This document shows, piece by piece, positions 51,223-64,000 of a stretch of 64,000 bases of DNA. This DNA is from Glycera tridactyla. Its lineage: Eukaryota. The position numbers and the translations under genes are program-made. Within the stretch, counting starts at the first letter, position 1. The number at the start of each line of letters is the position of its first letter. The notes below the pieces were generated by a model. That model ran no database searches, had not been told where the DNA came from, and saw only the letters and a list, made by a program, of their open reading frames with translations. The DNA lies in the NCBI GenBank assembly GCA_965644265.1, contig OZ286475.1, positions 66,650,001-66,714,000 of the forward strand, read 5' to 3'.

Positions 51223-53510
51223 CTGCCCAGAAATCATACCGATATAGATGCCCTCATTCTCCAGCCAAGTTTTCTGACGGATTAGGTGTCTGATCATATC
51301 ATATTCCTCGAAGCTATTTATAGTCACAAGAGTTCCATTATTAACGTCACAGGTTCGCTGCGCTTCATTCCAACTCAACATATATTCATCTAATTTGAGA
51401 AACCTGTAGCACTGCCATTTAGAACAGAGTATGTCTGGAAGGCTTTGCAATCTCCTGAGTTCATCCCTAGGAAAGGTAAACTTCGTAGGACAGAGATGAT
51501 CTAGTCCAAACCAGTTCAATCCACAAGTTGCATAAGCATAGGATCTATGTCGCATCTGCACCTCACAACTACTGACTGAGTGTGGCAACAGGAGAGTGTA
51601 TTCAGAATTATGGCTTTGGGATTTCCATGTCAGCTTTCGATCAACTACAAACTCGTGGACCCGCTCACAATGTGCATCGGCAATTGATAGAGATTTTATT
51701 TGTAGGGTTGCAACTTCACAAGTTGTCTGTAAGACCTCCATGTGTCCATATAAATATGACAATGACGATTTGAATGAGAATGAAGATGTGAGATAGCGCT
51801 GAGAATGGCTGACAAGAAATGACAGTTCCATTGTCCTATGGAATGCTATCCAGCAAAATGCTTTGTAATTGAGGACCGCATGACAGTCACTGGAACATTT
51901 GATAGGATTGCCATTCTTATTCTCCAGATGAGAGGAGGGAAAAATGAATGAGGAAATCAGTGGCAGATCCCAAACACACCACCCATGGACATGCAATTCA
52001 TATGAGTAACGTTGGGAGTGAACTTCCTCCAGTTTGAAGCGACAATCTTCTGTACTATTATATCGTCCATGGGATGATAGTGCAGATGCATCTTCTATCC
52101 AGATGTGTATTGGGTGGGATTTCAAAATGGTCGGCTCACAAATTGGTATCAAGTATATTTGCAGGGAATCATCATGAGTCAACACTTTTATGTGTAGATA
52201 CCTACCATCCGATGTCAGATTGATATGCCATCTGGAAGATACTTTGGACAAGTGTGATGAAGTGATGAGGGATGAACATAAAATAGGTAATATCATTGCC
52301 GTCTCATCTTGAGAACTGTTTGTCTTCAGTATTATCTGCAATTCGCAATAATCCTCATAGGCATAGATTATTAGCTGGCCTCGATGGAGGGACAATGGCA
52401 CTCCTAATAATCGGCCAGTACTTCTATTACCATATTGATGACAGTAGGGACCATAATCTATACTCCTTTGGAATAGAGATCGAAATATCATTCCACCATA
52501 TTCACATTTCCATCCTTTGAAACCAGAAGTTGAGAAGAAAGTAAACATCAATTCCATATCTGGTTGTTCTCTGGTGCTCAAATACATGACGATATAGGTT
52601 AGTGGCACATTGGTTGCATTGATCCTTGACATACCAAACATGTGGAAACCAGGGGCAGCTAACGGCTGCATTCTCCAGGAAGAGCAGGTACTATGATAGG
52701 TGATTAAGTATAATTGATGTGACCCTGAAAATGATGAAGCTAATTTGGAGCACTTGCCTCCTGGACCATCGAACAATTGCACATATTGCTCATCTTGCAT
52801 ATGACATATAGGTTGTTGTATTTTCGAAATTTTCAGCAGATGGGCATACATTGTCGTGATTGTGACAAATACAGTGGCATTGAATTCCTTAGGAGTGACA
52901 GTCACTAATTTGAGAGGCGAGTGAACTGTTCTTCTCACATACAAAATGCTGCCCTGTTTTCTCGACATGCTGTAAGACATCCCAAAGCTTAGGGTATCTT
53001 CAGTCCACACAATGCGTAAATGAATGGTCATATGATGAGAAAAGATTATCTCTTTCCAAGGTGGGAGATGCCCACAGTAATATGCATCTACAGGAGTGAT
53101 CTGTCCTCTTGAGATACGTAGGTAGTTCACTCTACAGGACGTTGAGTATAATATATCCAAAGAATCGACTGCCATGTCCAAGTGCATATTTTTTATAGAA
53201 GTGATCTGCCATATTATAGTGTGGTGCACAACAAATTGCTCATTCTCAAGTGAAATTATTCCAAAAAGACTGGAGTTTTGTGAGCTGTCTTCACCATAAG
53301 CGGGTAAGACTTGTCTCAAACTTGAAAATACTCGGTGAAGGGAGGATATGATAGAATTTGTTGATGTGTGTTTGCTGAGTAGTGTTTTATGGATAACAAA
53401 CGTCAAGACGTTCTCATACGACATATACAGACCATCCTGGTGAGTTTCACTCATTACTGTTTCAGAATAGGGATACCCTGCAAAGCTGGAGGGATTGATC
53501 TTCAATGTAT
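51223..53510 (-). CDS. Large internal exon of the same receptor (CUB-like repeats and N-terminal half of a C-type lectin)
   Basis: Acceptor T-rich CAG at 53511-53513; donor CAG|GTGAGC at 51223; CRVNYLRI...YCG, LSWNEAQRTCDVNNGTLVTINSFEE, IYIGM; phase-0 join gives IGMISGQ|NGEQWVDG. Confidence 0.85.
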
Positions 53511-53686
53511 CTGAAAAAAAAATGGATATGAGATTTTATTCCATTGGAGAGCTCAATGATTGCCGATATCACTTGAAGGTAGCTATCTGGTAATGGGAAC
53601 ATAGTAATATCAATTGATTCGATCATGCTCTGTGGACGGAATATGCAGCGAATCGGATGATATGATCAAAAAAAAGTCATATATAC

Positions 53687-53729
53687 CTATGTATATGAAA
53701 ATAGATTGGGCAACAAGCCCAGACATCAT
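53687..53729 (-). CDS. Candidate first coding exon (MMSGLVAQSIFIYI)
   Basis: ATG, short hydrophobic peptide, and G|GTATAT phase-1 donor matching the phase-1 acceptor at 53510. Confidence 0.4.
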
Positions 53730-55790
53730 TTGCCATGTCAGACAAAATATATAGCTATATACATATATATGATGTAGATGAGGCAAAAGCAAGATATCAG
53801 AATGAATCAACCTACTCCATAGACTTGGACAGCAAAGGGTAATCTGCTCACAAAGTCGGCCATTTCTTCAATGGGTTTCTGTTGACTTTTCAGCAAGAAA
53901 AATATCGGACGTTTTTGCTTCAGATTCATGAATTTCTGCTGGTCACTCCTGTGTGGAGAGCTAAAATTTCTGAAACCCACAATTAGTTCTGCTATCTGAT
54001 ATGCAAGAAGCAAAACTTTTACAGAAGAGTCAGCACTGAATATGCAGTTCCCAAACGTCATGCACTCTCTCCTTTCTCAGCCGAAGTGGGAAGGCCAGAA
54101 TGGTGATTTGCAGCACGACGACGTGGGAATATGCAGCTCTCCCCTTTGTGTGTTCTATCCTCTCTCAGCCTATGTGAGATTGCCAGAAATGAAAATCAAC
54201 AGCACAATTGGCGAGATCATGCAGCTCACTTACTTCTTCTATATATATATATCATATACAAAGATAAAGGTATTAATGCTGCTAGAGATGTCACTAGGCT
54301 CCCGCCAAAACTGACAATCGTGCTCGACGACTTCCGGTTCCACGTTAGCTACATTTGATGAGATGATACTGACTTTCGTTGTTATTCCTGAGGTTCGTAG
54401 TCGTTGCTGATGTGCATCGTTGTTGTAGGGACGTTCATCATCACTCAATCAATCCATATACGTTGAGCGTTTCTGCAGCTTTTTTTCTTCTAGTGGGATC
54501 CTAGTGACGGGGTAACGTATTGGTATGACGTATAGATCTTACATGAATTTCGCTGATTTACAGAGGTTTTTAAAAGTTTATGCTAATGACTGCTCATTAG
54601 CATCTTCCAATGATCGAACACTGGCGATCTCGGGATTCTTCGGCTGGCTACCCCTATCCATATATGGTATGCTAATAGCTGAATGGCGACTTCAAAACGA
54701 GGTTCCGGCGGATCCAGGGGGTGTTCGTCCTATATTGAAAACGAGGCTAAAAGTCAGTTTTAGAGGTGCTGAAGGGTCATTTCCCTGGTCCCTGGTGGCC
54801 CCCTGGCGTCGAGAATGCCAGATGGCTAATCTGTAGCTATTCGCAGTAAGTTTGGTCGTCTCATGCCAACACAGACTGGATTATCTGTCTTGATCCTCAT
54901 TAACATAAAGTCGCTAACATTTGCATATCGTTACCTATCGAGCTACCCAGAATGCACCATTCGGCTTCGGAGTTCCGAAGATTGCCGAGGATTGCCGAAG
55001 ATTGCCGAGTGTTTGACGTTCGGTTAGCTACTCCCATAATGCATCTTGTCGGTTTTAGCTACTTGCTACTGATGCTAGATCCGACGTCCTGTGTCCCTCT
55101 CTCTCTGGAAATTAGGCAACGCCCACTTTTCCTCTCTGTGCCCTCTCTGGGCGATTCTGACTGACAGTTGTGCCCTCTGTTTGCGATTCTGACTGATTGT
55201 AGCGCCCTCGTAGGTGATGCCTAGGAACTAAACTTCTTAGTGCGCTTGCACAAAGACAAGGTACGATTTCTCAAACTTTTGACTAAATGGTTTGTTTGTG
55301 GCTGGTAGCTACATTCTTTCAGACACAGCTATCAGAACCACCAGGACCTTAGGATCATCCTCTGTAATGGTGTGTTCCTGGTCAGGCAGACACTAAAATG
55401 CAGTGTCAGTGAAGACCAACAAACAGATCAAAGTTGGCAGACCTCAATCTCCGATTCACACCAGTATAACTACATCAGGTTTTTAAATCGTTATTCACTA
55501 TTTGAATATTTGCAAATATCTTCTCTGAAAATGATGACAACAATCAGATACTAAAAGCATCTGTTTCCCGAACATCATTTCAAACAAAAGAAAGATATTA
55601 GTGGTAACAACAACAATATTGGTGAGTTTAGACAGAGCATCTAATCTTATATTACCCACGTGAACAATCATACCTACGCTCACCCTCACGCTAACCCACC
55701 CTCACAGGCACACTCACACACATTTGTGCACATCCTCGCACACAAACACACCCACGGACACACTCATATAAGCTAATACGTATTGATATG

Positions 55791-56146
55791 AGATCCCCCC
55801 AGGTTTATTACTTACCCTGGGGATATGTACTTACCATTTCTCCCTCAAATAAGCATTCCCTGGGCCAATAGGCCTGCATACGAACATTATAAACAAGTTT
55901 TCAGGATGGTAGGCCCTCCCGTATGGAAGGGGTGGGCTAGATGGAACTCTGCTCCGCCGAGCATTGACAACGCCTCCCTCCCGCTGTTGCTCTGTGTATT
56001 TTCCAATGAGAATCGTTGTACCTCACATAACCGATGTGAGAAGATCCCATTTTTTTTTATAGCGGGGACGGACGGGAGGGACCATCCATTTGAGGGAGAA
56101 ATGGTAAGTGCAGATCTCAAGGTTGAGAAGTAAACCTGGGGGGTCT
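55791..56146. mobile_element. MITE-like element with TIR and subterminal inverted repeat
   Basis: CCCCCCAGGTTTA...TAAACCTGGGGGG; internal TACCATTTCTCCCTCAAAT / ATTTGAGGGAGAAATGGTA. Confidence 0.75.
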
Positions 56147-56459
56147 GTCTGTACCATTTCTCCCTCAAATTAAGCATGAAAATAACACGTATGGAGTGTG
56201 TGAATAGAAAAAAACCATCGAATTACCTTTCCAAGAGAATCAACATGAGCCATGGCACAGAAACAATAAACATTGATATTTCTACGGACAAACCGAGCAG
56301 CGAGAATACCGCTACAAGAAGTCCTGTATGTGCTCCGGCCCCAGGTCATGCATCCCTGAAAAGATGCCCAAGCGGATATAGACAAAGCCTAAAATCTATC
56401 ATCTCTATTGTGAGGAAAAACTCCCTGCATGAAGGAAACCAAGTATCCCACAGGCGATC

Positions 56460-58090
56460 ATGTTGGTCACACATAGACCATCGCGATGAAGCAACGAATA
56501 CACCGGGGCGTGGATATCGAGAGCGCTATGTTCGTCATGATGATATAAGCGGTCCAATCTTCTCAGGTAGACAGCACAACCTCCTGAGATAAAAAGCCGA
56601 AGAGACCACCTATGATAAAGTGAACATGTGACTGGTCTGCAGCCAAGCTGCCAGACACATTAGACCACGCATATAATGGAATGTGCCTGACACTTATGAC
56701 TCCAATGTAGCCGTCACAAATTGCAATGACCTAACTACAGCTCAGCTGCGTGACACACTAGACCTCGTCTGCGGTCAACTGGGTCTGACTCTGTGACTTC
56801 GATGTAACCTTACAACCTGCAGTAACCTATCAAGCCATGAGACCACGTCTTTGATTGAATGTGCCTGCTATTATAAAGCTCCTATATACCCGTCACTGAC
56901 TGTCGTCCTGAGGCAGTCGTCACCACCAGTTGGAATCATGCAACACATCATAACAAGAACCAATGAGCGTGGGCGATCGGCACAATCGTGACGGAGGCCG
57001 CTGGCGACTGCCGAGTTGGAGATGTGATGATCGCCCACGCTCATTGGTTCTTGTTTTTCTCCAACGGCCATTATTACATTAATTCCACAACTATTTTCTG
57101 AATTAAGATCGAGTTTGCTAGTTTGTTCGATGTCAAAGGTTCAGGCAGCGTCCAAATGGTCTCTATTTTAGGGTCATAAACACTCACAAATCATTATATA
57201 TGGGTGACATTTTCGTCTTTTTCGTTCAAGCAAATGACGATGGCATGAGTTCTGAAGGAAGAAAATTATATTTACTGATTTTTCATCACATTTATTCATC
57301 CATATTCCCCATATTCTCGACAGAAACGGTATAATTGTGTGAAACGTCTGCACATACGAATAATTGACGCGCCACCCGCCAGCGTAGCAGGGAACTAGGC
57401 TCGCGTCACGGTAAGCCTTGCTTCAATCAGCGTGGGAGATCGGCACAATCTCCAACCCCCGATCTCCACCCGATTTTGGCGGTTGTCGTTGGAGAATAGA
57501 CCACGTCTGTGATCGAATGTCGCTACCAGTTGGAATCATGCAACACATTAGACCACGTCTGTGATCGAATGTCGCTACCAGTTGGAATCTTGCAACACAT
57601 TAGACAACGTCTGTGATCAAATGTGGCTGCTATTGTTATTGTACAGTCTCGATATAACCACCACCACTGTCGTCCCAATGTCACTATCACCAGCAGTAGG
57701 AATCATGCAAGACATTAGACCACATCTGTGGTCGAATGTGGCTGCTAATGTATAGACACGATGCATCAAATATGCCTACTACTGCAGAACTTCGATATTA
57801 AGTATCACTTACTGTTGCCTCCAAGCAACACACTAGACCATTTCTGTGATCGAGTGTGTCTGCTATGAAGGTCTTCGACGTAGCGTGCCTACTAAAGTAT
57901 AGCTTTGATACATCCATCATCAACAGTCGTTCTATGAGAAACACATTAGACCACGTCTGTGGCCGAATGAGTCTGAAGTTGAACGGTCCCAAAAAACAGT
58001 CACCAACTGTCGAAATCCAGCAACACATAAGACCACGCTTGTGATCAAATGTAACTGTGAATGTTACTGCGATCAGACAGCCTCGATACA
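56460..58090. repeat. Degenerate ~52-bp tandem array
   Basis: CACATTAGACCACGTCTGTGATCGAATGTCGCTACCAGTTGGAATCATGCAA; near-perfect at 57499-57600, diverged elsewhere. Confidence 0.8.
56949..57496 (+). mobile_element. Non-autonomous hairpin element, family H2
   Basis: 27-bp perfect inverted repeat AACAAGAACCAATGAGCGTGGGCGATC; TTCTCCAACG...CGTTGGAGAA; interrupts the 52-bp array. Confidence 0.85.
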
Positions 58091-58269
58091 ACCGACACCA
58101 GCAGGCGAAATCCAAAATCTTTGTGAAATACATGGAAAGAGCCATGACAGATCAAGGCATTTGGACACTTGGAGTAGACGATATTTGAAAATTGATGATG
58201 GGATGGGAATAGAATAGAAAACAATAGAATGCACTGGCACATGCATGCATGAAGGAATCCACTCTAATT

Positions 58270-58620
58270 GAATACAAACCCCGTCACAACCTCCAAGCAT
58301 GTGCGAAATCCACATCTCATACATAGCACACTTAGACATGTACTAACACAGATGGTCAATCTGCCGGAAAACAACACATACAAACCATACAGGCGGAATA
58401 GAGAAACATACACTACCCGACACATGCTCACACTCACACACACACACACACACACGGACCAGTGCACATATAAGACGGCGACTGAACGCACATACAAACT
58501 CGCTTACAAGATTGCTCACAAATACGTACACACTGACTAGCGCACGAGTGCTTGGCAGGCACCTATACACATACACACCAACACGCACATACACATAAAC
58601 ACATTTCCGTACAATGTATT
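58270..58620. repeat. CA-rich low-complexity tract
   Basis: Imperfect ACAC/ACAT runs. Confidence 0.7.
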
Positions 58621-59499
58621 ACAGAATAGATGCGAAATGTGACCTAGATTCAGTAAGCAAGGGACATCGCATATTTCACTGCTGGGCTGGTCTGCGACAT
58701 TACAATACAAACATGCATACATACATGAACTTTCATGTACTGACAGTACTGACGGTTCTGTTTTGATATTCACTTCCGATGCTTTGAGTCATGACTTCAT
58801 TGTTGTTTGCTGAGTGCCGGCTGAAAACTTAAAAACTTAAAAAACCTCAAAATCTTGAAAAATTTCTGGCAATACTCGACGAGTTTTGAATTTTTTCGGG
58901 ATCTTGAGAACTAGTCTCTTTGACATACGTTGCAATTGGGAATACCAACCATGCGATTTTGTCATGTGTATTGAGTAACACTATGAATCCGAAATTTATT
59001 TCATGAACAGTGGCGGTGAATTTCTCTCTGTTCTTCTGTTCCTCCCTAACAAAATGTTTCTCACGGAGTGAAACTTGAAACTCCTGGAACCCCTGAAATT
59101 TTATGTCAAATTGATGAGTAGGAAAAAAAAAGTTGAGATGCCACGAGACTATTCGGTTAACAACATGTACAGTAAATGCCAAAAGAGATGACAGGGAATC
59201 CATAATCTAGGCTTTAGATAACTCCTGGACAGCTGAGGGAGAAAGCGTGAAAAATTTCTCAGCTCCCAAACTCTCACACGCACTTGAGTACTATCTGAAT
59301 ATCTGAGAAAGAGAGCGTGAAAGATTCTTCTTAGCTCTCAAACTCGCACATGCACTTGAGGACTATCTCAGATCAATTTGCTCCGCAATTATTTGTACAT
59401 ACTCGTGAAATTGTGTTTTGTTTGTGTTAAACAGCTACGTCATCGTTCTATTTTTGTTCCTTACATATGTTATGAATTTTTGTCGATATACCTACTTTA

Positions 59500-62400
59500 A
59501 CTACAACCGTCTCCGTACCCATTAGAATGGGTACCTTTCCAGATCCTAGTGTGCTGACTGATATGGAAGATACAACCAAAGTTATCAAAAATCAACCCGA
59601 AATGGGATTTGCTCACCTGAACATCCGGATTATTGTAAGGAAAATCGACCACATTGCAATTTTGCTGAATCGTAGCCAACTGGACTGTCTAGTTTCAAGT
59701 GAGAGCTATCTAAACGAGCATATTTCAAATCAAGGATTAGCCATTGACGGATACAGTATTTTCAGAGCGGATAGAACAAGAGCCTCCGGGAAAATGGGTG
59801 GGGGGGGGCTATTAGTATATACTAAAAACACTCATGACTATGCATATATAGAAAATGGAGCGATATGTAACCCACATCTAGAACTTCTATGGATAAAACT
59901 GTCCCTACCTTTCACACGCACGACCTACATATGTTCACTTCACCGCCCACCAGATGGTGTCATCAGAGAGGCCCTAGATACATTAGAATATACTATGTCG
60001 TTGGTGGTAGGGGATGCCCCGGGAGATGTGCTCGTCTTTCGGGACATGAATATAGACACTCTAATAAATAATAGTAATTATAGAAAGCTTAGCAGCTTCC
60101 TAAAACAGAACGGCTCAGAACAGCTTGTAAAATCTCCCACGAGAATCACAGACGGCTCTCAAACATGCATAGACCACGTCATTACTAATAATGATCAACT
60201 ATTCACATACACGGGCGTTCTAGACCCAGGTCTGAGTGACCATTGTCTAAAATTCACCTTTAGACTAAGAGCTAAGATCAGAAAGTCAGAAAAGCCAGAA
60301 AAAAGGAAGTTTTCCGGTCCTATCAAAATATAAACAGCCCTGATTTTAAGAATGCCCTAACCAACATTGACCTAGATTGCGTGAGCCGGGATGTGAATGT
60401 GGTCACAGTTGATTTTCATAGAAAACTGAAGATAGTGATGGACGAGCACTTACCGACCTGTTCCTCAACACGCAAGGTTGTGAATGCACCCTGGGTAAAC
60501 GGGAAATTCCTGTCATTAGTTGATAGTCGCTAGTACTGGGCTGAGCGGCATCGTAGAACAAAAAATCAGTTGCACTGGAGATATTCTAAATTATTTGCCA
60601 GCCAGTGTAACTCTCTGAAGCAAGATCTGAAGAGAAAATATATTTCAGACAAGATGCAAGCTTATTCTAAAGACTCTAAAAAACTCTGGAAAACCATCAG
60701 AAGTTTCTGGCCAGGGAAAAAAGTCCAGGCATCAAATGGCAATCTAAAAATCCAGGATGAATCTGAACCATCAAAGGCAGCTGAGTGTCTGAATCAGCAC
60801 TTTACCAAGATAATAGAAGATGAGACTACTGACGACACACATCTAGATGCCTGCATGCCACCAGTCTTTGAACTACACGATATAACAATCTCAGACTAAT
60901 TGCAAGCATCAAACAAGTTAAGCAGTTCAAATGCAAGTGCAGAAGACGAGGTGGGCTCTCAAATTGTGAAAAGTGGAGGGGAAGAATCGGGAAAGGTGAT
61001 GATCTATCTTCTGAAATTTTAGCATGCGAACTAGTACTTTCCCCAATCTATGGAAACGTGCAATGGTCACACCACTGCATAAGCCTGGCAGCCCGAATGA
61101 CAAACAAAATTACAGACCTATTTCTGTCTTGCCGACTTTCGGAAAATTGTTAGAAAGGGTCGTGCATCAACAATGCTGTGCTTATCTAACCAGCCACAAC
61201 ATCCTATCGGAAGCTCAGTCAGGTTTCAGGAAACACCACTCCAGGGTAACCTGTCTGATTGACTTCACTACCAAGCTATATGAAAATATAGATCAGGGAC
61301 TGCTGAGTGGAGTGGTGTTCCTGGACCTGACTAAGGCTTTCAACATTGTTGATCACATTAAAATGTTGGATAAACTATGAAGAATCGGTTTTCAAAACTC
61401 GGCATGTAATCGGTTTGGCTCATACCTACAGGGCAGGAGCCAGGCAACTAAGTTTAATGGAGCAATATCAGACTTTTCGGAGATAAAGTATGGCATACCT
61501 CAGGGGTCAATTCTCGGACCCCTGATGTTCATCCTGTACATAAACAACCTGGGAAAAATCTTGACAGACTGCTCACTATATATGTATGCGGATGATACAG
61601 CTATCATGGCTGCTGGCCCTACTGGAGAAGACCTACTGAGAAAACTGGAGGGTGATATGCCTGCTGTTGAGAAGTGGTTTCTCAGTAACAAATTAACTCT
61701 GAATAGACTAAAATCCAAAGTAATGTTCTTCGGCACCTACTCCAGATTATCCAAAATGTCCAATGGGTCATCTGTTTGCAATCACGACTGTGTCAAGAGT
61801 TTCTTATATCTCGGAGTTAAACTTGATTCCCGGTTAAGCTATAGTAAGCATATTGAGTATCTAGAATCAAAAATGAGGTCGAGGATACTCTGAAGGATGA
61901 GACCACTGGTTTCTCAGAAAACAGCAACTTACCTGCTAAAAACACTAGTTCTCCCAATTGCAAATTATGCCGACGTAATCTATAACGGCTGCAATCGAGG
62001 TGACTCTGACCGCCTGGAAAAAAGGTCTAAATACCGCGATTCGCATGATACTGAAACGAAATATGAGGACCCCTATAAGCGATCTTAGACGGGACTCTGG
62101 CATACTCAGCTTGGAAAAGGTGCGACGCAGAAACAGTATTGGGCCCAACAAGTTGTGCGGAAGTTTTAACAATCGTTACAAACAACCAGTGAGACAAACT
62201 TGATCTGCCACAACCCAGCATGTTCAGGTCCCAAAAACCAAACTGATAACGACTGATCGATCTTTTTCCATACGGGCCGCAAATTACTGGAATGCCCAGA
62301 AAGACTACATTTTGGAGAGCGATAGTCTCAATTCGCTTAAACATAAACTACTGAAATTTGAATTTGGTCTTCTAATTGAACCCTAAATCGATTGAAACCT

Positions 62401-63176
62401 GGTCTAGCGTGATGAATCCATCCTGGTGGTGAACATGTCGGCTGGCGTGGACACTGCCATGGGATCTAGTTACTGGGGCAGCTTCTATAGGGACGTGTCT
62501 CTGAATGTGGTACAATGCATGTCAAATTAATCCAAGGCAGTAAACATGTTGTGTGACGTGGATGCTGTCAGCTTTAAAGCACCTTTAATCATCTAGTCAC
62601 CACGATTTTACTGATCGGCTATGTATGTTAACTCTAATCACCCGGCTTTGAATGCAAGGTTTGATTATATCCAGATAAAGTTCCCAAATGTCACCAGCGC
62701 ATATATGAAGTTCTTATGACTACAGTTTGTTTGTGTGCAATGATCAAATACATTGGAGTGACATAGAATATTCCGTCAATCGGTAAATTCAGAGATTGCC
62801 AGTTTTAACTCTATGACTATACTTCCACTGATATATATGTATTTTATTCCAGGAAACTATGACTCTAGTGTATTATACATGTACAGCAAATAAATTGGAT
62901 GAACATTAAGGAAATCATATACAGCCACGCTAATAGCCAATGTTCTATTCAGTTAACAAGCTACATTTATGATGTCTCATTTATATTCCATATTTCCAAT
63001 ATACAGTCAGCCATTGTAAATAATATACAAATCCAGTCTGCTGAAATATGTCGCCAAATTACGTAACCAACCGATCTATGTTGTGTTATATGCAATCTGA
63101 GTGGAGGAGAAATGTATCTTTGTATACTTTCCATGTTGATTTGAGATAAATCATTCTTATTCTTATTCTTATTCTT
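59500..63176 (+). mobile_element. Decayed L2/Crack-type LINE ORF2 with long 3' UTR
   Basis: APE (HLNIR, SESYL, GGGLLVY, HRPP, CIDHV, GLSDH); RT (NYRPISVLP, FLDLTKAF, PQGSILGPL, YADD, YLGV); (TTCTTA)n tail at ~63148-63176. Confidence 0.92.
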
Positions 63177-63263
63177 AAAACATCCTGAGTATTCAAAGAG
63201 CTATCTATTGATATGTACAACATGTTGGATCAACCACTTCTAATTATGTTGATCTATCATAGA

Positions 63264-64000
63264 TCAGGCCACTACTATTGGCCCCAAAGAATATAAACTC
63301 TGTGCTTGGCCGCACATATCGCGTAGATAATAAGTCGCGAAGCTGTTTCCCAACTCCCAAAATGCCGCCTGCATCAGCTCCTCTATGGAACATGACTGAT
63401 TGAATGATTCCCAGGAAGAAGAGATAGCTCTCACTTTGTGAACTGATACAGACGACAGAAGCTTGTGTGATCTGTCCTCCGACTCATACGCCAACTTGAC
63501 AAACTGTCGAATCCATGCAGATATTCCATCACGCTTATCTTGTTTATCTTCCCAGCACGGAAACCAGACACTCGATCTAAATATATATACAGCGCCCTCA
63601 CAGGGCAAAGAAGAACATCTTTGGAAGACTGGTTCTCTGGATTCAACGCAGGAATGATAACCTCTGGACTCTTATTTGATGGCTTCTGATTCTTTGCCAA
63701 AAATCCTGGCAATGAAAACGATCTAACACTAGACTTATCAGCTGTGAATTGTACAGCTCCTGGAGCTCCAGAGAAAGCATGTACCTCACAACGGCGTCTG
63801 CCCGAGGCCAGTGTTACAAGAAACACTACTCTCCTTGTCAAATTCAAAATTCCACAAGATTCTAAATGTTCAAAAATGGTTCCCTTCAGATATCTGAGAA
63901 TAACTGCAAGATCCCATTGTGGAATTGCTCTCTGTAACACTGATCTCTCAAGCTCAAGGTTATTCTGAAGTGATTACAAATCTCTACTATACAAAACTAA
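63264..64000 (-). mobile_element. DIRS1-type tyrosine recombinase fragment
   Basis: PQWDLAVIL, FLVTLASGRRRCEVHA, GFLAKNQ, LCPVRAL, HKVRAISSSW, AAFW...SFATYYLRD; frameshifted; runs off the window. Confidence 0.9.

Overview
Repeat-dominated eukaryotic (animal, probably marine invertebrate) genomic window; nothing in it looks prokaryotic. One apparently intact host gene lies on the minus strand (~53.7-45.8 kb): a ~1900-aa GRL101/RXFP-type (LGR) GPCR with CUB-like, C-type-lectin-like, LDLa, LRR and 7TM parts in two very large exons. The rest is a nested graveyard of mobile DNA: a two-LTR BEL/Pao element inside a CA-rich minisatellite, several decayed L2/Crack/Daphne-type LINEs, a CR1 LINE with an 18-bp TSD, a Penelope fragment, a DIRS tyrosine recombinase fragment, Tc1/pogo-type MITEs and tandem arrays. 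A fragmented Polinton/Maverick (23.8-34.1 kb) retains ATPase, integrase-chromodomain and minor and major capsid genes. Most notable: (1) a highly divergent TATA-binding-protein-like gene inside the Polinton gene array, next to a small ORF with an inverted paralog in the same element; (2) two sequence-unrelated non-autonomous element families sharing a hairpin A-A'-B-B' design, whose internal junction mirrors the joined ends and which appear to insert without a TSD (Crypton-like by inference). All family assignments come from motif recognition by eye; no database searches were run.
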